Below are positions 1 to 13,647 of a stretch of 64,000 bases of DNA, one piece after another. Under the pieces are notes generated by a model. The model had not been told where the DNA came from. It saw only the letters and a program-made list of their open reading frames with translations, and made no database searches. The translations under genes and the position numbers were made by a program. Source of the stretch: Mytilus trossulus (lineage: Eukaryota); the NCBI RefSeq assembly GCF_036588685.1, contig NC_086386.1:21390001-21454000 (forward strand). Direction: 5' to 3'. Numbering within the stretch: the stretch's first letter is position 1; every line of letters begins with the position of its first letter.

Positions 1-795
1 GTATTACGGGAAAGGGGGTTGAGATACATTGAACTTTGAAAGTCTACTTGTCATTTGCCAAAAAAGCGTTTGAAACCATTTGTTGATCTAAATATGCCTT
101 TGCATTGCTTTCCTGAAAATAGGAGTATGTGCTTTTGTATGAGAAAATGAAATAAACCACCCTTCCCAACAAACTGGGGATTGTTCATTCGATTGGATTA
201 TGTATCTCCAGTGGCAAATATTTCATGCAATTGAGGACGAGAACGAGTTGATAGTATCATATGGGTGGAAGGGATCAATAGTTAAGGTTTTAAGTCGTAT
301 TGTATCTACATGTATGCATGATTAGTCTTTAGGAACATCTTAATTAGTTCAGTCGTTGGTGTTGTTCCTATATATTTTATCCTGAGGATAGAATTGAACA
401 TATTTATTCATTTCTTTAATAAACATGATAACATTAAGTTAATGGTACGAAAACAAGTTATTTTTACATATAACATACATACATGTATTCTGCGCATGAC
501 GGACGACTACAAACAATATTACAAAGATGATTACAACCTAGCAATTTATCATTTAATGTGCAGTGTTGTTTATTTGTTTTCGTATTTTCTGCTTCGTTTT
601 CTGTTCATCTCCAATTATTTTGATGCTTAATTTCAAAGATCTTCAAATTTTCTTATAAATGTTAATAAATGAATACAAAATGGATTGTTTTTAATTTGAA
701 GGAATTGACAATGATATACTGTACATGATATACACGAAGGTCAGTGATTTTCACCGACGTAACTGTTAGTACATTATCTAGTGTCTTTATCTTAG

Positions 796-804
796 TATAT
801 AAAA
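796..804 (+). promoter_or_regulatory. Candidate TATA box of gene 1
   Basis: TATATAAAA about 50 nt upstream of the ATG at 850. Confidence 0.45.
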
Positions 805-849
805 TACCATAGTCGCATATATGTAATCAAAAATCTGGATATCGCAGTC

Positions 850-3800
850 ATGAAAGGTAAGAACTAGTATCTGTTATGTCGACCCAGTTATAATACATAC
901 ATATTTACAAATACATATGTCAAAACCAGTACATACAGGTACATTTTTGTAATTTGTCATTTGGAATTGCATATTTTTTTCTTCAAATTTTGTGAGATAC
1001 ATGGAAAATAGAAGTGTATTCTTATTATAACGACCTGATTAAACGTGAAAACAAACACGACAGACAGTAAACAACGACATCCACTGAATGACAGATGTTT
1101 GGCTTAGGACAAGAAACAATATTTTGATAAATGCATTTTTTCCGACTTTTCAATGAACTATATATAAAAAACCTTAAAAAATGGTTCTTAACATTTATAT
1201 TATATGTTTATTTTTAGAAGTCCCAATTTTGTTATTGGCATTGGTAGTGATTGTTGCTGGATGTAATAGAATAGTAAACGTACAGAGTAAGTGTTTACCT
1301 ATCTATACAGGTAGAGAAGAAAGAAAAAAATGGGTGCACACAAAATACTCTAATGAAAGTGTGCTCAATTCTCCGCACACGAACATGCGCATACATTCCT
1401 GCGACTAACATAACAGAGAATATTTTCAACATTCCAATCATTTCAAACAGCACAAGCGAGTATGTATTTTTAGTGACACCATGCATGCTTCAGAGCCTGC
1501 ATGCTGTGTATCAAATTCAGAGATTGAACCGTTGAAAATTAATCATAATGCTGTTAAATAAATGTAGCACCAACATGTTTATAAGGAGTAAATGCACTGT
1601 ACCTATAGCTAGACCTCAAACATTTATTTTATAATCTCAAAAAACATATTTTAAATAATTATGACCGCTGGTTTTCCCGATTGAATGGTTATACAATACT
1701 TTTTTGGGGGGCCCTTTATACATTGTATCTTGCTGTTCGGTGTGAGCCAAGTCTCCGTGTGGAAGGCCGTAACTTGACCTATAATGGTTTACTTTTATAA
1801 AAAAAAATTTGGATGGATAGTTAAGTTGTCTCATTGGCACTCATACAACATCTTCCTATATCTACATGTATATATATGATACATGTACATGTTGTACATG
1901 TATATGTAATATATTACAGTACCACGTTTAATCTTCAACTTTGTTTTTGTACATTTTACAATGACATGTGACAATGAATCATATACATGTCTTAAACATT
2001 GTACCGATTTATCTATCATTATTTTGTATACATGTACATATACGATGAATTTTATTCTAATGATATAGGACTTTCTCAAACCCATTATTTCTTTTCTCGT
2101 CCATGCTCAAACTGAAGACGAAGAAAATTGAAACTAATGTTCATTGTAATTTAGATCCATATTATCCGCATTTTGATAAGTGCAATATAATTTAAGGCGT
2201 CAAAAAAACAACCATAGCTAGAGAGTAACTGGTGTTATGTTGAAGATTCTATTTTGAAAGGGCTACAGGTACACTTGTATTCATATCTGAAATCATTTTG
2301 ACAAAAAATTATTGGAGCACTGAAATGATAATTTATATCCGAGGACTTCCATTCCACCACAATAAGCGTATGAAAATGAAACAACTAACAAAACCCACAT
2401 ACATGTACTTGTAGAAAATGCGAAAGGTGGTAACATGAATGGTCGGTATCTGGTAGCCAGTGGCGGCAACCAGGCTGTGCCTTTTAACGATGACTATATG
2501 AGTAAAGGTCATGAGTATTTTGATGTCTACTCACCAGAAATTGCAACACATTATGGTGAAGTGTTTTGGACCGACCAAGGCAACAACCTGATTCCACAAG
2601 AAATCATCGACAGATTTGCAGGTATATATAATAAATATCAAGTTCCTACATCAGAGGCGGATTTAGAGGGAGCCCCCCCCCCTCTTTTGGGATAAAATTT
2701 GGTTGCTTATACAAGGAATCACGGAAGCGTGACTGGAGCGGGCCCCCTCTTAGCTCAGTCAGTGGGCCCCCACTTATGAAAATTTCTGGATCCGCCACTG
2801 TACATTAAAAAAATGCTCGATTTATTTCACTTGACTGGGCGGAGTTTAACCGGTTCGCTCATAATAAACCAGTCTATAGATAGGTGTTTTAGGATAAACT
2901 CATAAATGCAGTGTCCAGTCATTCTTTTGTAAATTCCGTTGATGACACTGATATAATAGGTGATTAGAAATCAGTAATAATTATATCGGCAATCATGCTT
3001 ATCACACGCATCTTCAAATAGACTGTCCTAATGCAAATCAACACGTACACAACAGTGTTCTTCATCTGTTCTGAGGTCTTAATTTTCTATTTTTCTCTTT
3101 GTTTTTTTTAGGAAAAGTCCTGGCAATTACAGGTTACGAGCAGGACCAGGTTATGGTGTATCCACTAGATAAGCCAGGTTTAAATCCCGAGAATGATGTA
3201 TCTGTTCCAATCAACTGGGCATATAACCACCACTACATGGCATGGATGACTGGAAACCATTCTAAATTGGTAAAAATTAAGAATCCAGACCCAAGTGACG
3301 TCAGTGCTCACGGATCTCCAATGAAATGGGTAACAGTAGATTTGCCTTCAGCAAAGGATCGAGAGTACAAAAACGTTCCAACGAGTCAGATGTTTAGTGA
3401 AGGAAATGGTGGAGAGTCAAGGAAAAGTTTCCACGGTTATCCAGACGGATTTGCCCAATTAATTGACTCGCCCGACAAATGGCATATAACTCCTATGCAA
3501 ATTGATACACGTAACCGAGACTGTGGCGCCACACCACAAGACGTTCACAACTGTACCGTTTTCACACCAGGAGATGAACCACGACAGGCTAGATATGGTC
3601 GTGGCATTCCGAAAGGAGGAGCAATTTATTCTGGAATTCTAGAATGTCCATGCAATGGACGTTTTGGTGGTGACCCTGCGATATACGGTCCTAGCACAAA
3701 AACAAAATACACTCAGCACCATTACGCATTTGTTGTAGCGCCATCTTGTAAAACCCCCACGAAAAGTGCGACCATATGTTTTGATGCGGTAGCCAACTTA

Positions 3801-5213
3801 GGAGTCAAAGCAACTAAGAACGTAACCATGGTTTCCTCTTCAAGCGAAGTTCCTAGTGGCTGTAGTGTTGACTCAGAGTCTGATGGTTTAATAATTGTGT
3901 CTTACAACGAGTTTAAAAGTTCAAAACAATGTTCGACATCGAGTAAACGAACAGGAAATTTGAAATTTAGCACCGGTGTATCAATAAAAATTGAACTTTC
4001 TGGGGCTAGCACAATAACCTTGAGTGGACCTGCAGACGCATGGTTTGGAGTTGGTTTCAATGCTACACATATGGCCGACAAACCGTATACTTTAATTGTT
4101 AACTCTACAGGTGTATACGAACGGCAGATAGGTACTTGTGGAAGCGAGGCAGACCATTGTCCAGGAACTCCTTTGAAATCAAGCATTAAGATTGTATCCA
4201 ATACAGTCGTCGACGGTGTTAGAACAGCCGTCCTGACACGACCTCTAAAAGGTTTGACGAAAGAACATTACAGCTTTAACGCTTTAAATGCACAAATCAA
4301 CTTCATTTCTGCTATCGGTTCTTCTCAGGTCTTTGCTTACCATAAGATACATACTACCGGCATTATTGCGTTAATAGCAAGCAACGAACCAAACTGCATC
4401 TGTGAAGTAGGAGAAACAGGTATGATGTGTGATAATAATGGGTCTAACTGTGATCATTTCGTCAAAAACTGTGTTCCAGCACCTGCTGGGGAGCTGTTAT
4501 CTCAGAGAAATCCAACGTGTAACTCAATGACATATGCCGGCGGACTCCAATGTTGTAAACACAAACGTATAATGTTGGATGCTGACCAACCTATACGACC
4601 AGAACTCTTACGATATCACATGAAATTTCGCTTTTGGTTCCAGGAATACAAGGTAGTTGGTGCAAAAGTTTCTCATCATGATTTACCCCGTATTTATTAC
4701 CAAACAGAAGCTTGGGCAGGTGAATATGATATTCCCCCAGCATTTGCCCTGCCAGGAAAACCTATCCCGGGATATAACAACTGGCCATTAAACACACCAA
4801 CTCCTGGAACTAAATGTACTGGAAATTGTCCTTATGGGGACGATTGTGAATGTGTCCATACAATAGAATTCAAATGGACCGTGAGTAATATAAGACTGAT
4901 ATACGCTGGAGGTCACTGTCATGCCCCAGCGTGCATTGCTATGGAACTTTATAGGAACGACACTGGTCATGAGATGGAGCTGTTATGCAGACAAGTTCCA
5001 GTATTTGGCAAAGGGAACATTAAAGAGAACAAATACGACGAAGCTGGATATATAGCACTGCCTCCCTGTCTTTGGGGAAACGATACAGGTTTAGAACCAT
5101 CCGTACTATTGCCTAAAAATACACCTATGGTGGCCATTAAGCATAACAGGAACACTAAAGTGGGTCACTTTGGCGAAATGGCCTCCTGGCAAATGAGAGG
5201 AGTCAATTTCTAA
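850..5213 (+). CDS. Gene 1: secreted SURNod19-like / copper type II monooxygenase-like protein with an internal DOMON-like domain (~794 aa, 4 coding exons)
   Basis: Exons 850-856, 1218-1286, 2415-2621 and 3112-5213 join through GT..AG phase-1 introns (2385 nt = 795 codons including stop). The N-terminus MKEVPILLLALVVIVAGC is signal-peptide-like. Motifs YNHHY, EGNGGESRK, PMQIDTRN, ECPC, GGLQCC, GGHCH, DEAGYI and HFGEM follow the order I recall for plant SURNod19 proteins. WFGVGF..HM...RPL...AYH resembles DOMON. Confidence 0.85.
1218..1286 (+). CDS. Gene 1 exon 2 (signal peptide)
   Basis: tttttag acceptor and A|gtaagt donor; encodes VPILLLALVVIVAGCNRIVNVQ. Confidence 0.75.
1700..1863 (-). mobile_element. 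Dispersed repeat family A (agatataggaagatgtgg... head), partial copy
   Basis: Reverse complement of the copies at 51403 and 57707. Confidence 0.75.
2415..2621 (+). CDS. Gene 1 exon 3
   Basis: ttgtag acceptor and G|gtatat donor; in frame with ORF 2435..2695. Confidence 0.85.
2652..2800. mobile_element. Short MITE with CAG(A/T)GGCGGA terminal inverted repeats in intron 3 of gene 1
   Basis: cagaggcggat...atccgccactg, flanked by the direct repeat TACAT; GC-rich relative to the flanks. Confidence 0.7.
3112..5213 (+). CDS. Gene 1 exon 4 (2.1-kb exon holding nearly all catalytic-type motifs and the DOMON-like domain)
   Basis: Long polypyrimidine tract plus AG at 3110-3111; 704-aa ORF. Confidence 0.92.
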
Positions 5214-6426
5214 AATAATGTCATATATGTGGATATAACCCTTGTTTAGGTATTTTATCATCTTATATTTTTAGTTTAGACAAAAACATACTAGATCATT
5301 TGTGTACATCATTCTCAAATTTTCATATAATTAAAGCTTTATCAAATGTAATTGGCCATTACTTCGGTGACCCTATTGGACTGCACAGATATTAAAAATC
5401 TTTTTTTTTTATTAATAATTTTAAAAAGAATAGAAAATCTAAATCTAAGGTAGCATGGATTGGGTAGATATTTTTATTACGTGAAAAAAAACTTAATTAT
5501 GTATTTCATAACTTATGAAATCTGTAAAAGAAGGACTATCAACGCAGCAGACTGTCTTTTGCTGGATTAAAAACCAGAATATTACACACTTGATTATTTA
5601 AAAGACCGTGTCGAGTGGTATTGACGCTCGGTCAATTTGACAGACCGTATTGTATGATGACCTCCTAACAATCTATAGGTTTACATGCTGGGTCGCTTAT
5701 CATTGTCTTGAACTCGGCATCTGTATTCAACCTTTTACATCAGTTTGTATTTGTTCATCTATTCACATAAGCCCACATATGAAAAGGGGAATTAGGTTGA
5801 TGAAAAACTGATGATGTAGTACATGTATGGAGTTTCAAGAACCCTACCTGAACTAAAGTGTTTCGGAAGGGAATGCTGTGTCTTGTTTACCAATAGTTTC
5901 CGTTACGTTAACTATGAAAATGAAAACCCAGTGAATGGTCACATTTTTTAACGTTCAGGAACGAGCAACAAATAAAAAATAAGGTGGGTTCAGAATTCCG
6001 CAAATTGAAATATGCACTCCATAACGCCATCTAACTAGAATCAAATCGAAATTAAATCAGCAAAAAACGGGGAAGCTCAATAGACATAATAAAAAAAAAT
6101 CGTATGTACCTTAGAAATATATGAAATGCTGGATATGGTTATTGCACGTTAATGCAGTAGCAAATATTACAGTATTTTAATAAATAAATTTGAAAATGGA
6201 AATATGGAATGTATCAAAGAAACAACAACCCGACCAAAAAGACAATAGAAATCCACTATTAGGTCTTCAACCCAGCGAGCAAGAAAATAATGCATCAAGA
6301 GGTATGCTTTTATCTGGTCAAGTAAGTTTATTGAATGTTGTGTCAAGCAGATATATTGTGGCTTTGAAACAATTAAAACTGGAAATGTTTTTAATATACG
6401 GAAAACATATCATTTTGTTATATTTC

Positions 6427-6640
6427 ATGGTAGAGTGTTTGCATTGAGTTCGAGAGGTCTTGTATTCGAAGCACGGCCGGATAAAACCAAAGACTTTAGA
6501 AATCAATTTGACATTTCCTGCTTGTATCCAAACCGTGTGAATTTAGGAGTAAACAAATACTGGTTGGTTCGGAATCCAAATTATGTAATGTCTGTCTTTC
6601 TGAGGACTGTTACCTTGTCAACTAGAACGTTAAAAAAAAT
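6427..6640 (+). mobile_element. Degenerate tRNA-derived SINE (MetaSINE-like)
   Basis: B-box-like gtattcgaagc followed by accaaagacttt...tttcctgctt...ggagtaaacaaatactggttggttcggaatc, which resembles a bivalve SINE central domain as I recall it. Confidence 0.5.
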
Positions 6641-7571
6641 GCAGAGTGTCACCTAGCATCATCATCAAACAAATTATAAACAAATCATTTAACGTGTCTC
6701 ACTGGCTTTCAAATGAATACATACATGAATTAATGCAAAACAAAACCTTGAAAAAATACTATATTTGAAGTTGGTTGATTGGTATAAAGCTTGCTCTGGC
6801 TCTGGATAAAGCTGATGCGGAGTTAAGTGATTTCAAAGCTAACTCTATGAACAGTGCATATGGAGTTGCTAGAGTGCTCGAGTTGTTTAGAGATTGCTTT
6901 GGGTATATTTCATTCAGATTTGATTGGTTGGCATAGAGCTAGCAGAGCTCTAGCCTCAGTATAGACGGAGTTGTCGTTGGCATCTTAGTTCATTGATTTC
7001 GAATCCTGAAGTGGGAATACTATAGTCAAACAAGTCCAAAATGAAAGTCTGTCATTGTTTGGTAGAACTCAAATCCTGAATCAATAGATTTAAGAAGATG
7101 TGGTTAGTTATCTCGACTGGTCCCATGGTATCTTCTGCCTCATATGACTCTTACTAATATTAGACAAAGCTGTACTTTTGGAATGACGTCCTATTAACCT
7201 TTTCACATCTTTTACCTGTAGTTCTTATTTATATTTACATGTGCAGTATGTATACATCGGAAAGTTTGTTCGTGCTGTAACACTACATGCATTTTTCTCT
7301 TGAGATTGTAAGATAGAGTTATCGTTCTTTCGTCGTGTACATAGTTAACAGGACAATACAAAGAACGTTTGAACTGACCTCCAGTTGTGGGGGTTTTCTC
7401 GTTGCGTTAAAGCCTGTTAATGACCTTGGACTGTTTTATGCTCTTTAGTCAGGATTCACAGTCTGAGACACATTCCACGATTACATGATTTCGCTGTTAT
7501 ATTCGAACAAGATTGAGAAAATGAGAAAATAAATACCCTCGTTTGTGTTGCTCTGTAAAATATGTACTTTA

Positions 7572-7725
7572 CACTAGTAATTTTGGGGCCCTTTATAGCT
7601 TGTTGTTCGGTGTGAGCCAAGGCTCCGTGTTGAAGGCCGTACTTTTACCTATAATGGTTTAATTTTTAAATTGTTATTTGGATGGAGAGTTGTCATTGGC
7701 ACTCACACCACATCTTCCTATATCT
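7572..7725 (-). mobile_element. Dispersed repeat family A, partial copy
   Basis: Near-identical reverse complement of 51403-51560. Confidence 0.8.
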
Positions 7726-7856
7726 ACTTTGCACACTCCAATTTTACATATAATCCTTACAATTTATAAAAAATTATATCCTACATGTATATGTTTAGGC
7801 AGGCATTATACCTTTAAAGTATCGATTCAGCTTTGAAATATATTGTCATTTCTCAA

Positions 7857-8141
7857 GGTGGTACCCAACACTTTCACTAAAATTGATTTGGCTAGTTTAA
7901 TTTTCATAAAATTTGACAATGTATTTACTTTGACCTTTTAACAAAAGTATAAAAATTTCAAAAATTTTGAACCAACGGTTCGCAAAAAAAATTACACAGG
8001 TTATATAGCAGTTTGACAAACACCAATTTTGATCTTTGAGAAGCTTAATTAATAGTCCCTTTACAACACAACGTAATTAGAAAAAAACGTTTTATTAAGA
8101 TGAATTTACAGAGTTATCTACCTGTAGTGTTAGGTACCACC
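7857..8141. mobile_element. MITE with GGTGGTACCYAACAC TIRs (uninterrupted copy of the element at 34227-35122)
   Basis: ggtggtacccaacact ... agtgttaggtaccacc; the interior matches the 34227 element in the opposite orientation. Confidence 0.8.
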
Positions 8142-9177
8142 TTTAAAGTAATTGCAAGTGATTTGGGTTGAAGAATAAATTTCACATTGTTAAACTTCAT
8201 TAATTTTTCATACCCAGCAAAACGTTATGTGTTGATTACTTTTACCCCCAAAAAATGCAGATTTGAAATACAATTTTCCTTTTTGATTACTTTTTAAGAA
8301 ATTTCCACTTCTAAAACTGCTGTTTATAGCGATCATATTAACTTTTTTTTGTAACTTTTTTTTTTTGGGGGGAGGGAGGGTTTGAAAAAAATATTTCAGT
8401 TCGACAAACTTGTAGATACAATTATTGATGATTTATCCCCTGGAATATGTGTGTTTATTGCGTCATTGTGTGCTGACTAATGACGTTCAGAAAAAGTTTG
8501 TTCATCAATCTGTTTAAATTTTATAAAAATACTCAACCAATATAAAACATCTTTTTTTTTATTTATTTGTAATTACTTGGCATTATTTTTTCGTGTTATT
8601 CTCGTTATTTGTGTTGATTTCTTAAGAACAGTCGGAAGGTTGATTTCCTCCTACAAAATGAACCTACATGTAAGAACAATTGTGCTATACTTTAATGTCG
8701 CTCTTGGTCCTTTAGCTTTTGATGTATTCGGGTAATTATACAACCCTGCCGGCTTTAACATGTATGGGTTTGTGCGTTCATGAAGAAGGAAATTCAGAAA
8801 AGCGTCATTGTAATTCTGTGAGTTAAATAATTATTGAATCAATTGTATGGGTAATAAATACATATGCACTGTCACAAGACTTTCTCTTTTTTACTAAAGC
8901 CATGAGATATGAAGAATTGAACTACAAATGCATGTCCCATATTAACAGATTTAGATATTGTTTCACATGAATTAAAAGTTAAAGTTAATCAAATAACATG
9001 TCCTCTGTCTTTCACACTCGTTATATTTTGTGGATAGTGTTCTCATTGACATATATACCATATGTCATATGTTATATGTATGAATTCATGTACGACAATA
9101 TTAGGCAATATATATTGCGTTCAAAGCTGAAATGCATAAAACTACTTAATGTTATACAATAACAAATAACATAAGAT

Positions 9178-9790
9178 AGAAGATGTGGTTTGATTGCAAA
9201 TAAGACAACTCTTTACAAGATACCAAATGACACAGAAATTAGCAACTCAAGGTCACTGTACGGCCTTCAACAATGAGCAAAGAGTCGACGTAAAAAGCCC
9301 CGAATCGACAAATGTAAACAATTCAAACGAGAAAACCAACGGCCTAATTGATGCACAAAATAAATGAATCTAAAAACTAATACAAAGTCATGTATGTAAC
9401 ACAGTAAAAAACGACAAGCACTGAATTACAAGCTCATAACTTTGAACAGACACATACATACAGAATGCGGCGAGATGAAATATGCTAGCGGGATCCCAAC
9501 CCTTTTTTGATGAAATATGCTAGCGGGATCCCAACCCTTTTTTCCTTACAGCAACTTAAATGTAGATGTGAGACAGTGGTGTAATAGTAACATTAAAGCA
9601 CACACAGTTAAAAGGGCTTAGCTAAACAGATGGATACAAATATAACTACATTTACCTAGAACAAAGAGTGAAAATGGCCGGGTACTTGTACAATGCTTAC
9701 AACAAAAAGACACATAGTACTTATCTGATAGTATTCACAGTTACTGACAGCTAGTTCAAAGTCAATACAAATATCATGGCTTTGAGACTT
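9178..9790 (+). mobile_element. Dispersed repeat family B (gaagatgtggtatgattgcc... head), diverged copy with an internal 35-bp tandem duplication at 9474-9543
   Basis: Collinear with 22445-23103. Confidence 0.75.
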
Positions 9791-12700
9791 AAGTTCGTAT
9801 TTGTCCCGAAAAGACAGATTTTTTAACATGTCAGAAGACAAATTAGTACTACGATTGGATATCATAACTTACTTAAGTAGTCTTGAATACTAATATTTTC
9901 ATTATACAGTAGCACTTTACAATTTTTGTTTTAGTTTTTTTTTTTGTAAATTTGAGTTGCAGCCCTTCGACCAGTAGACCAATACTTCATTTATCCTTAA
10001 TAGATACTTGCGTCACCGTTTGTTATCAAAGGTAATTTTATTTCTTTTACCTTTAATCTTTGTATTTATTATAACACAGTCTTAATCTATATGCAATCAA
10101 ATAGAATAGAATATAAAGCTATAACAATAATGAGAAAAACGGTAAAGACCTATGCATTTAAAAGATTAATTGAAATGTTGAAAGAATATTTTCCCATCAA
10201 AAGCTCGATAAAAGTTGCTAAGGTTGGTGAATAGGTGTCAAAGTCGACTAAAAGCTTTATTGAAATATATTTGAATCCAGTCTTTTCAATTTCATTTATA
10301 TTAGAAGTGTATAGCAGAACTTATATTGAAAGGGTTAAATAGTTTACACAAAGTGTTCCAGAATTAAATCAAATATCCTCCATAATTTTAGTTATGCATA
10401 CAAACAATTTTATGTAAGGATAAATATTTAACGTTCATCCTATAAAGAATAGTTAATGTTAAAAATATTATCACAAAATTACGAAGCAATGAAATAAATC
10501 TAAAAGTTATAATAATCTTTTAATAAATGGAATTAAATAGGCATGAACAAATTCTATAGCTTGTGAAACACATTAAACAAATTAAAAGAAATTGTATATA
10601 CATAGCAACATAAAATGTATGCATAGACTCATGGACCTATAAAATACCCACAGAACTGTAAATCATATAATCCTCATACCTCAAAACAGTATGAGGTTAA
10701 AGCCCGATCAACGCATTATCGGATAAACTTATAGCCTGAGGAATACAAATACTGAAAACACCCAGTTAGCATGGGAAATGTATATATTGTCGCAATTCAA
10801 TGCATTTACTTGTTATGTAGCAAGTTTCAAAAAGCTTGATTTCATTTCAATGTTGTTTTAAACTTTATTTGTACATACTATTTTTGATACATTTTCAAAA
10901 CAATGCATTAATCCCTTTCGACCACATACACATACTATTATGTCCCTTTAGTGGGTTCGTGGGTTACATCAAATTTTAACAGAAATGAAAAATAAAATGT
11001 TTTAATATTATGCTGAAATTTTTGTACCCACGAGCCTCCTTAAGAAATCACAAATTTGTATATACTATTCTCCCACTAATTAAATGGAGCCAATTTTTTC
11101 CCTACAGCAACTTAGATGTGAAAATATTACGAAACAAGGAAGCTATCAGTTAAGACTTGTGTGCTTTCAAACAGGGTGTCGATCACATTTATATCGTTGT
11201 AAGTATAAGACTTCGTCTTGATGACCGTTCCTTGATCTATAATGGTTTACTTTTACAAATTGTAACATGGATTGCGAGTTGTCTCACTGGCACTGATACT
11301 ACATCTTCTTATATCTATTGCAAAAATAAGGTGATGTGGTATGATTAACGAGAGAAATTTATGTATTAAAGGCCAAGATATTATTGAGATAACTATACAC
11401 CAGAGTACAAATGAGCAGAAGATGTAATTAAGCAACCACATGTCACCGTACGTACAATGTATACGGCCTTCAACAATGAGCAAATATATACCACATACTA
11501 TGCTCCAAAAGTTTCCAGCACAACAAAATGTAAAACAAATCAAGCAAGAAAACAACGTTTGCGTTAAGACAAACAAAATTCAAGAATAGCAACCAGCTAA
11601 AATACAAACGGGAGAATAACATATTATGAGCGCTATGCAAATTTGTATATACGTAGTACATGAAAAACGAAAAGAAATTGTTCAAACAATTGAAAGCCCG
11701 GGGTTAATTTGGAACGTAAAAATAAAAATGATAACTATATGAAGTAATGTACCCCAAAGACGTTATATAATTATCTCAAAATAAGATAAGATGCATACAT
11801 GCTTACTCGATCAACAATTCAAGACACGAAAGAACAGTAATGATATGATGTAAAAATGGTTTTTTTAGTATTTATTACTGCTACACAGAAGTGACTATAA
11901 GTGTCTTATTGTTTTTATTCTAAAAGTTTCTAACACTAAGGTGTTGTGTGTTGGGAGGGGGTGGTTGCGTGCATTTGCCATTTGCATTTTTAAAACATGT
12001 TCAATGTAGGCCCTTGACTGTTAGTGCTGAACATTTCAATAGCTTGCATAGAAATTCGTGTTCTATATCCTGTTTAGTATTTTCAAATATTCACAATTGT
12101 AAACGATGTTGTCTTCTGGATGACATTTATTATCTATAACTGATAGTTTGAAGTAGAGCATTGTTGTGTATCCCAGTAATACTGTCCCCTCAGTTGTATA
12201 GAGTTAAATCCAAAGATTACATCAGAAATTTAAGGTAATGTTTTTATTATTTGTGTCATAGTTTTTACTAATATATTTTATTCATTTTCATATTTATAAT
12301 ATTCTTATTGTTTGCAAACGCATGACAGTCAGTTGTATCAAAGAATATGTTTAATTTTGATCACGATCGATTTGCTGTATACATGTACATCTGGTTGTCA
12401 AACTTACATGCAGTGCAATGTCTACATGTATCCTGTGGACTCGTAATACTCTTGGATTGATCAATTATGGAATGTGTCAAATTAATGCTTCTTCTCGCTT
12501 GATTTTTTAGTGTTTCTAATCTGTAACATTTGCTATTGCACTGATCAAGATTAAAAGGGAGATTATTGAATATCTGCACTAAACAAAAGGAAGACTTAAG
12601 TTCAATGTATATATAATAAAAAGTGCCTTTCCCAACTCAGGAACCTAGTATTAGTGTTTTTCTGTCCATTCAGGAATTTAGTAGTCTCTGTTTTATTTAT

Positions 12701-13647
12701 TAAACGGAAGAACAACCTGTCTAGACGAAGGGTCAATTCTGATTTAATCTTTTTGATTTACATATACATGTATGAAATTGAAGACCTTGCCTATAGATAA
12801 CATTTTTGTTTTATGATATTCCGGTTTATCTAAATAATGTGGATCTACATTTTAAACTTAGCAAGGAATAACGAATACAAGTCCTTGAAATATGAGAATC
12901 CAGAAATTAAAGAAGGTTTTATTATATAGAAAATGGACAAAAAGTAACTAGTGTAAACATGAAGCTGTCTAATTTACAATTCTACAACATCTTTTGATTT
13001 TGATACAAATAAAAAGAAATAAGCCTGTCGAGTCAGTGAAATGTGGATGCCATCTAATTACTAGAAATCGAAGACACAAACAAAAGCTAAATATGTTCAT
13101 TGCTAAAAGTCCCGGTATTCTGTAAATGTAAACACTACATTATGTACCTCCTTTATACATTCCTATACGATGTACTGTACAACCTCTCGTTCATTTATAC
13201 TAACTGTTGAACTCTATGTGTACTCATGCATGGTGAACTTTACAATGAACACACGTTCGTGTTGCTCGTTCTTTAGATTTTCGTCGGGTGTTTTATTTTT
13301 TTTCGTTTTTCAATAGTTTGTGATATAAATTGAAGAGACGTGGTGTGATTGCCATAGAAACAACTATCCATAAGAGACCAAATGACGCAGATGTTAACGT
13401 CTAAAGATCGCCAGACGTCCTTCAATAATTGGCAATGTTGTGGTTTCGTCTGGAACATTTGTTTTTGATATGCCCCTGAATGTCGTCTCCGTTTTTGTAT
13501 TTTTTTTAAATATTTTTATTTCTAGGATATAAAAGTGCATCAATTTCAAACATATTAACAATAAATTTCATTGCATTACACATTTTAAGATATGTGTGTG
13601 GCTATTACATTTATATTTGTTATAAAACGTTATTATACTTCAGCATT

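Noticed and set aside
6770-7140. GC-elevated segment with a short minus-strand open frame
   Set aside because: No recognisable motif and no consistent splice chain.
10700-10850. Possible second Penelope RT remnant on the minus strand
   Set aside because: Only faint similarity (LHNK...TFPML), needing several frameshifts; not supportable by eye.
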